From the NCBI GenBank assembly GCA_963675665.1, contig OY776510.1, positions 1,472,001 through 1,536,000 of the forward strand: a DNA stretch of 64,000 bases, written 5' to 3'. Shown here piece by piece: positions 58,904 to 64,000 of this stretch. Position numbers and translations under genes: made by a program. The notes below the pieces were generated by a model. That model was not told where the DNA came from and did no database searches. It worked only from the letters and a program-made list of their open reading frames with translations. This stretch comes from Spirochaetia bacterium. Lineage in GTDB: Bacteria > Spirochaetota > Spirochaetia > UBA9216. Position 1 is the first letter of the stretch. Each line of letters starts with the position of its first letter.

Positions 58904-60283
58904 ATGAAAGAACTGAACTATAATACCGATGATGCCGTTGCCGCCCTTGCTACGGGCTGGGAAGAGAGCGCAATTGCGGTTATCAGAACCAGCGGAAGCG
59001 AGAGTATAAATCTTTCCGCCGGGGTATTTTCCAATAAAAAAGGGCTGCTGAATGCTGAAGGCGGCACGATAGTTTACGGGTATGTTATTGATCCCGAAAC
59101 GGGAGCAAGAGTTGACGAGGTACTTGCGGCGGTGTTCAGGGCCCCGCGAAGCTACACGGGTGAGAATAGTGTGGAATTTTTCTGCCACGGGGGGATTCCC
59201 GCCGTATCAGCCGTTTTATCCGCGCTTATACGCGCCGGTTTCCGCGATGCCGCTCCGGGTGAGTTTACAATGCGCGCCTTTATTAACGGCAAACTTGACC
59301 TTACCCGTGCAGAAGCAGTGCATGAAATAGTTACGGCAAAAACTGCGAAGGCCCATTCGCTTGCGTTGAACAGGCTTTCCGGCGCGCTTGAAAAAAGGAT
59401 TGAAAAGCTGAAAAAAAGTGTGCTGAACATGTTGTCGGCAGTTGAACTTCTTCTGGATTATCCGGAAGACGAGCTTGACGGTCAGGCGGGAGAGTATCCG
59501 CTTGATTCTGAAGAGGTCGAGGCTCTCCGTGCAGAAGTCGACAGGCTTGCCGACAGCTTCAGGGCCGGAAAGGTTTTTCGCGACGGTGTGCCGGCAGCTC
59601 TTGCCGGACGTACCAATGCCGGAAAATCTTCTCTGTTCAATCTTTTGCTCAGGGAAGACCGGGCCATTGTTTCCGAGGTACACGGGACAACGCGCGATTA
59701 TATTGAATCATGGATAACGGTAAACGGCATACCGCTGAGGTTGTTTGATACTGCAGGGCTAAGAAGCCCGGACAACTCTGTTGAGGCAGAAGGTATAAAG
59801 CGCAGCGGGGAAGTGATTTCCGGTGCGGGAATAGTTGTATATCTGGTTGATTCGTCACAGGGGCTTAATGCCGAAGATCAGGCGTTTTTAAACAGTTTCA
59901 ACGGACAGGAAAGACTGATCAGGGTCTGGAGCAAGATTGATGCCGGCGGCGGTTCTGCCGCTGCTCCCGAAGGATTTATCCCGGTGAGTTCTGTTACCGG
60001 CGAAGGGCTGCAATTGCTGGAACAGGCCCTTTCTGAAGCGGCTCTGGGAAAAAAGGGTCTTGACGACAGTGTTGTAATTGACTCTCTACGGCAGCGTGAT
60101 TTACTTCAGCGTGCATCTGAAGCATTATCCAGAAGCAGAGACGCCGCTGAAGAAGAAGCTCCGGTTGATGCTGTCGCCATGGAACTTCGCGATGCGCTTG
60201 ACGCTTTGGGCGAGATAACCGGCGAGGTTAGCTCAGCCGACATTCTTGATAATATTTTTTCAAATTTTTGTGTAGGAAAATGA
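58904..60283 (+). CDS. mnmE: tRNA modification GTPase; start moved to 58904
   Basis: SYTGE, CHGG, GRTNAGKSS, GTTRD, DTAG, C-terminal FCVGK. Confidence 0.97.
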   Translation: MKELNYNTDDAVAALATGWEESAIAVIRTSGSESINLSAGVFSNKKGLLNAEGGTIVYGYVIDPETGARVDEVLAAVFRAPRSYTGENSVEFFCHGGIPAVSAVLSALIRAGFRDAAPGEFTMRAFINGKLDLTRAEAVHEIVTAKTAKAHSLALNRLSGALEKRIEKLKKSVLNMLSAVELLLDYPEDELDGQAGEYPLDSEEVEALRAEVDRLADSFRAGKVFRDGVPAALAGRTNAGKSSLFNLLLREDRAIVSEVHGTTRDYIESWITVNGIPLRLFDTAGLRSPDNSVEAEGIKRSGEVISGAGIVVYLVDSSQGLNAEDQAFLNSFNGQERLIRVWSKIDAGGGSAAAPEGFIPVSSVTGEGLQLLEQALSEAALGKKGLDDSVVIDSLRQRDLLQRASEALSRSRDAAEEEAPVDAVAMELRDALDALGEITGEVSSADILDNIFSNFCVGK

Positions 60284-60284
60284 T

Positions 60285-62171
60285 TTGAGTAACGCAGATT
60301 TTGACGCGATTGTTATAGGCGGAGGACACGCCGGTATAGAAGCATCACTGTCCCTGGCCAGGCTTGGTTTTGAGACGATGCTTATAACTCAAAGCCTCGA
60401 TACGATAGGAAGACTTTCATGTAATCCTTCGATTGGAGGGCTGTCCAAGGGGAATATTGTCCGCGAAATTGACGCTCTCGGCGGAGAAATGGCCAGGCTG
60501 ATTGATAAATCAATGATACAGTTCCGGGTCCTGAACAGGCGGCGCGGCCCGGCAGTTCAGGCCCCGCGGGCCCAGGCGGACAAATTTCTTTACAACAGGC
60601 TGGCGAAAGAAATTGTTGAAAATTGTAATAACCTTCATCCTTTTCAGGACACGGTAACGGATTTTATCCTAGATTCAGGCGGCACCCGCATAAACGGTGT
60701 TGTTACCGAGCGGGGCAGAAGATTCACCGCCCGTACAGTAGTAATGACCACCGGTACTTTCATGGAAGGGAAAATTTTCATAGGCGATTATGAAAGTCCG
60801 TCGGGACGTATAGGCGAGCCTGCGGCAATAGGGCTTGGGACCTCCCTGCGTCGTATCGGGTTTACGGTTGCAAGGTTGAAAACGGGTACACCGGCAAGGG
60901 TTTCATCGGCATCAATCGATTATTCCAGAATGGAAGAGCAGCCGGGAGACCCTGAAATTATACCGTTTTCATTTGTGAATGATGCGGTGGATCGTCCCCA
61001 GGTCCCGTGCTGGATTACCTACACAAATGAAGCCACGCACAGTATTATCCGCGCAAATATGGATAAATCCCCGCTTTACGGCGGCAAGATTGTAGGCACC
61101 GGGCCGCGATACTGTCCGTCGATAGAGGACAAGGTCGTAAGGTTTCCCGACCGCGACAGGCACCAGATATTCGTGGAGCCGGAAGGCCTCGGTTCGGATG
61201 AGATGTACCTGAACGGTATATCATCGTCGCTGCCCGAAACCGTTCAGGAAGCGTTTATCCGTACTCTGCCCGGGCTTGAGGATGTAAAAATCATGCGGCC
61301 GGGATATGCCGTTGAATATGATTACATTGAACCGCGCCAGCTGCTTCCGTCGCTTATGACCAAACGAATTGAAGGCCTTTTCAGCGCCGGACAGACAAAC
61401 GGAACTTCGGGTTATGAAGAAGCTGGCTGTCAGGGCCTGCTGGCCGGTATAAATGCGGCAATGTACATGCTCGGCCGCGAACCGCTTGTATTAAGCCGTT
61501 CAGAGGCCTATACAGGCGTGCTGATAGATGATCTGGTGACCCTTGGAACAAAAGAGCCCTACCGGATGTTTACATCACGTGCCGAATACCGGCTGTGTCT
61601 GCGCCATGATACGGCTGATATCAGGCTTATGCCGAAGGGGCGGGCCGTCGGGCTTCAATCGGAGAGTGCAATGGAAGCCCTCAGGGAAAAGATCTCTAAG
61701 ATTGATGAGATAAAGACCCTGCTTGCCGGGCGTAGAATTGGAAAAACAGAACTGGAAACTGCCGGGGGGAGGATCAACGGAATTGAGGAGCGACTTGGAG
61801 ACAGTTTTGAGAAATTGATGAGAGTTCCCGATTTTACCTTCTCGGATCTTCTGCTGCTTGAACCTGAACTTGGGAAATTCAACCGGCAGCTGCTTGAGCA
61901 GGCCGCAATTGATATCAAATACGAGGGCTATATCAACCGGCAGCAGAAACAGATAAACAGGTTCAGGCGGATGGAAAACCTGAAGATTCCGGCGGAGTTT
62001 GATTATGATTCAATTTCCGGCGTTTCTGTAGAATCGCTTGAAAAGTTTAAGAAAATCCGGCCGATGTCGGTAGGCCAGGCTTCGCGTATTTCAGGCGTTC
62101 GTTCATCGGATATTGCGGTGCTTCTCGTTGTTTTGGGTCGGAACACGGATAACGGAAATGCGGATGGATAA
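60285..62171 (+). CDS. mnmG: tRNA uridine 5-carboxymethylaminomethyl modification enzyme
   Basis: GGGHAG, SCNPSIGG, GPRYCPSIEDK, GQTNGTSGYEEA. Confidence 0.98.
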   Translation: MSNADFDAIVIGGGHAGIEASLSLARLGFETMLITQSLDTIGRLSCNPSIGGLSKGNIVREIDALGGEMARLIDKSMIQFRVLNRRRGPAVQAPRAQADKFLYNRLAKEIVENCNNLHPFQDTVTDFILDSGGTRINGVVTERGRRFTARTVVMTTGTFMEGKIFIGDYESPSGRIGEPAAIGLGTSLRRIGFTVARLKTGTPARVSSASIDYSRMEEQPGDPEIIPFSFVNDAVDRPQVPCWITYTNEATHSIIRANMDKSPLYGGKIVGTGPRYCPSIEDKVVRFPDRDRHQIFVEPEGLGSDEMYLNGISSSLPETVQEAFIRTLPGLEDVKIMRPGYAVEYDYIEPRQLLPSLMTKRIEGLFSAGQTNGTSGYEEAGCQGLLAGINAAMYMLGREPLVLSRSEAYTGVLIDDLVTLGTKEPYRMFTSRAEYRLCLRHDTADIRLMPKGRAVGLQSESAMEALREKISKIDEIKTLLAGRRIGKTELETAGGRINGIEERLGDSFEKLMRVPDFTFSDLLLLEPELGKFNRQLLEQAAIDIKYEGYINRQQKQINRFRRMENLKIPAEFDYDSISGVSVESLEKFKKIRPMSVGQASRISGVRSSDIAVLLVVLGRNTDNGNADG

Positions 62172-62802
62172 ACTTGACAAAGGTCTCCTGGAACTTGAAA
62201 TAAATCCTGCCGATTTGCAGTACAGCAGGCTTAAGGCTTACATCTCGGAGCTCGAGACCTGGAATACCCGTCTTAACCTTGTTTCGTATAGAAACACGGA
62301 AGAGCTTGTCGTCAGACATATACTTGACTGCCTTGCCGGTTTGAGCATTATCAGGGAGCTTAAAGGAGTTTCTGTCGCAGATATCGGCTCGGGAGCGGGG
62401 TTGCCGGGTCTTCTTCTGGCTATTTTCCTTGAGGACAGGGAGTTCTCGCTTTTGGAACGTTCCGGGAAAAAGGCAGGCTTTTTACGGGCTGCATCGGCCC
62501 TGCTGGGGCTGGTGGACAGGGTTAAGGTTGTCGAAAAAGATTTGCGTAATTTTAAAGGCAGTTTTGATATTGTAACTATGCGGGCTTTCCGCGAATTCGG
62601 CGAGTTTATTATGCCCCTGCGCATGATTACAAGCGATACCGGCACAATTGCCGCTTACAAGGGCCGGCTGGATTCGATTAACGGGGATTTGAAAAATGCA
62701 AAACTCGAGTTGGAATCAGTTGTTATTAAGAAAATTACCGTGCCGTTTCTGGACGAGGAACGGAATATGGTCCTTGTTCCCCAAAGGCACCGCTCAGCCT
62801 GA
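62164..62802 (+). CDS. rsmG: 16S rRNA G527 N7-methyltransferase
   Basis: WN..LNL, RHILDCL, DIGSGAGLPG, RAF, YKG; follows mnmG. Start could instead be 62158. Confidence 0.95.
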   Translation: MDKLDKGLLELEINPADLQYSRLKAYISELETWNTRLNLVSYRNTEELVVRHILDCLAGLSIIRELKGVSVADIGSGAGLPGLLLAIFLEDREFSLLERSGKKAGFLRAASALLGLVDRVKVVEKDLRNFKGSFDIVTMRAFREFGEFIMPLRMITSDTGTIAAYKGRLDSINGDLKNAKLELESVVIKKITVPFLDEERNMVLVPQRHRSA

Positions 62803-63999
62803 AGTGTCTATTTTCTTCATGAGATCAATAAGTTCTTCTTTTTCAAGCAGATCTATCAGTCTTGCTTCAACAAATGACTTGGCTCCCATGGAAAAAGAGC
62901 CTGCTGTTATGCAGAAGCCCCTTCCGGCTTTAACTTCCTTGATTCTGCCGTAGAGATCCCGTACAATCAGTTCTCCGACCTGTCCGTTTGATCTGATGAA
63001 TCTGAATATTACAATGTCTTCCCATTTTGCCGAACTGACTTCTACGATCATGTCAATGTAATCATTTTGCGGGGTAGACACCTCGAGCACCTTGATTCTG
63101 GTTTTGGGAAACATTAATGAGATTATCTTGCGGCACATGCTTATAAAGCGGCCCTTGTCTCCCATAAGAAAGATTTTCAGATTGAGATTGGAATCAAGTT
63201 CTCCATAACGTTTAAGAAGAGCTGCGGCATCCTTGTAGTTCTGATTATTTGCTACAATATCTTCAAGCGGGGGTATGGCGTTCGATATTTTTTCAGCCTT
63301 TATATAGCAGCTTGCAAGCCGGTACTTTAACTCAAGCTGCATTTCCATTTTCAGGCCGGGGTTTTTTAATCCGAGTTCAAAGTACATGGCTGCCTGATCA
63401 TAATTCCGGAATTTCATCGAAATTGTGCCGGAATATATGCATGCATGACCGCCGTACCTGGAATCGGTTCTAAGTACGGAAAAGGTTTTCAGCGCTGCAT
63501 CCGACTGTCCGAGATTATACAGGCATTCGCCGAGCGCGAAAGTAAGCTCTTTGTTTTCTGCATCCAGAGTCAGGGCCTTTTTGATCGTATCGGCCGCATC
63601 ATTAAATTTATTCATTTTGTACAGACTCAGTCCCAGATATTTGTAGGTCGAAACGTCATCGGATTTCTGGTTTCTTGCCTGACTAAGGAATGCGGCGGCT
63701 TTTTCATAGTTTTTTCTCATGTATTCCAGATAGCCGAGATTGTAATTTACAATGAAAATATCGGAGTTGACTGATCTGGCCAGCATGAAGCTTTTATATG
63801 CTGCCTTATACTGTTTGATATTGATGGCGCTTATTGCATGACGAAGGGTGATTTCAAATTCATTAAGGTCGTTGTCAGTTGCGCATAATTGAAGCAGAAT
63901 ATCATAGAGTTTACAGGATTTATCGTAATTTTTTTCGTTATAATGGAGATCTGCAAGGTACAGCAGGGCTGCCGGATCCTTGGGGTTTTGTGCCAGACG
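62794..63999 (-). CDS. TPR-repeat protein with C-terminal Mrr-like endonuclease-fold domain (5' end outside window)
   Basis: Frame stays open to the window edge; multiple TPRs; C-terminal VGELIVRDLYG...GFCITAGSFS.GA..F. Confidence 0.8.
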   Translation of the reverse strand, partial: RLAQNPKDPAALLYLADLHYNEKNYDKSCKLYDILLQLCATDNDLNEFEITLRHAISAINIKQYKAAYKSFMLARSVNSDIFIVNYNLGYLEYMRKNYEKAAAFLSQARNQKSDDVSTYKYLGLSLYKMNKFNDAADTIKKALTLDAENKELTFALGECLYNLGQSDAALKTFSVLRTDSRYGGHACIYSGTISMKFRNYDQAAMYFELGLKNPGLKMEMQLELKYRLASCYIKAEKISNAIPPLEDIVANNQNYKDAAALLKRYGELDSNLNLKIFLMGDKGRFISMCRKIISLMFPKTRIKVLEVSTPQNDYIDMIVEVSSAKWEDIVIFRFIRSNGQVGELIVRDLYGRIKEVKAGRGFCITAGSFSMGAKSFVEARLIDLLEKEELIDLMKKIDTSG

Positions 64000-64000
64000 C

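Noticed and set aside
58904-62802. Replication origin near mnmE-mnmG-rsmG
   Set aside because: No dnaA, rpmH or parAB and no cluster of TTATCCACA boxes seen.
62794-63999. Mrr-like domain protein as a defence nuclease
   Set aside because: The nuclease motif looks degenerate (FRFIR rather than (Q/E)xK) and the gene sits in housekeeping context; likely a core TPR protein.

Overview
This is chromosomal DNA of a probable free-living spirochaete (Spirochaetales), inferred from a TatT/TatP/TatQM TPAT transporter, 'FAGG'-type signal peptides and a TPR/Mrr-like gene beside mnmE-mnmG-rsmG. In order it contains: perR-like fragment and katG; a LacI-controlled sugar operon with no glycoside hydrolase (GT4, GalT-like, P-loop kinase, ABC); a B12 radical SAM/GNAT/amino-acid permease operon; leuS; an accessory/defence segment (Flavo-1-like RNA, higB/higA split by an IS110, nucleotidyltransferase remnant, type I R-M); Moco riboswitch with wtpABC; zur-znuACB; an orphan protein with a membrane LuxR regulator; repair/stress genes; TPAT; pepT; alr; an envelope lipoprotein cluster; ugpQ-like GDPD; and mnmE-mnmG-rsmG. 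The most striking feature is the IS110 left end. It folds into a bridge-RNA-like structure whose first guide loop spells a Shine-Dalgarno plus start codon (TTTAGGAGTAAAAATG), and the element sits exactly in the AGGAG of the higA ribosome-binding site. About a dozen genes also appear leaderless. All family calls come from motif recognition by eye; no database searches or folding programs were run. No tRNA, rRNA or CRISPR array was seen.
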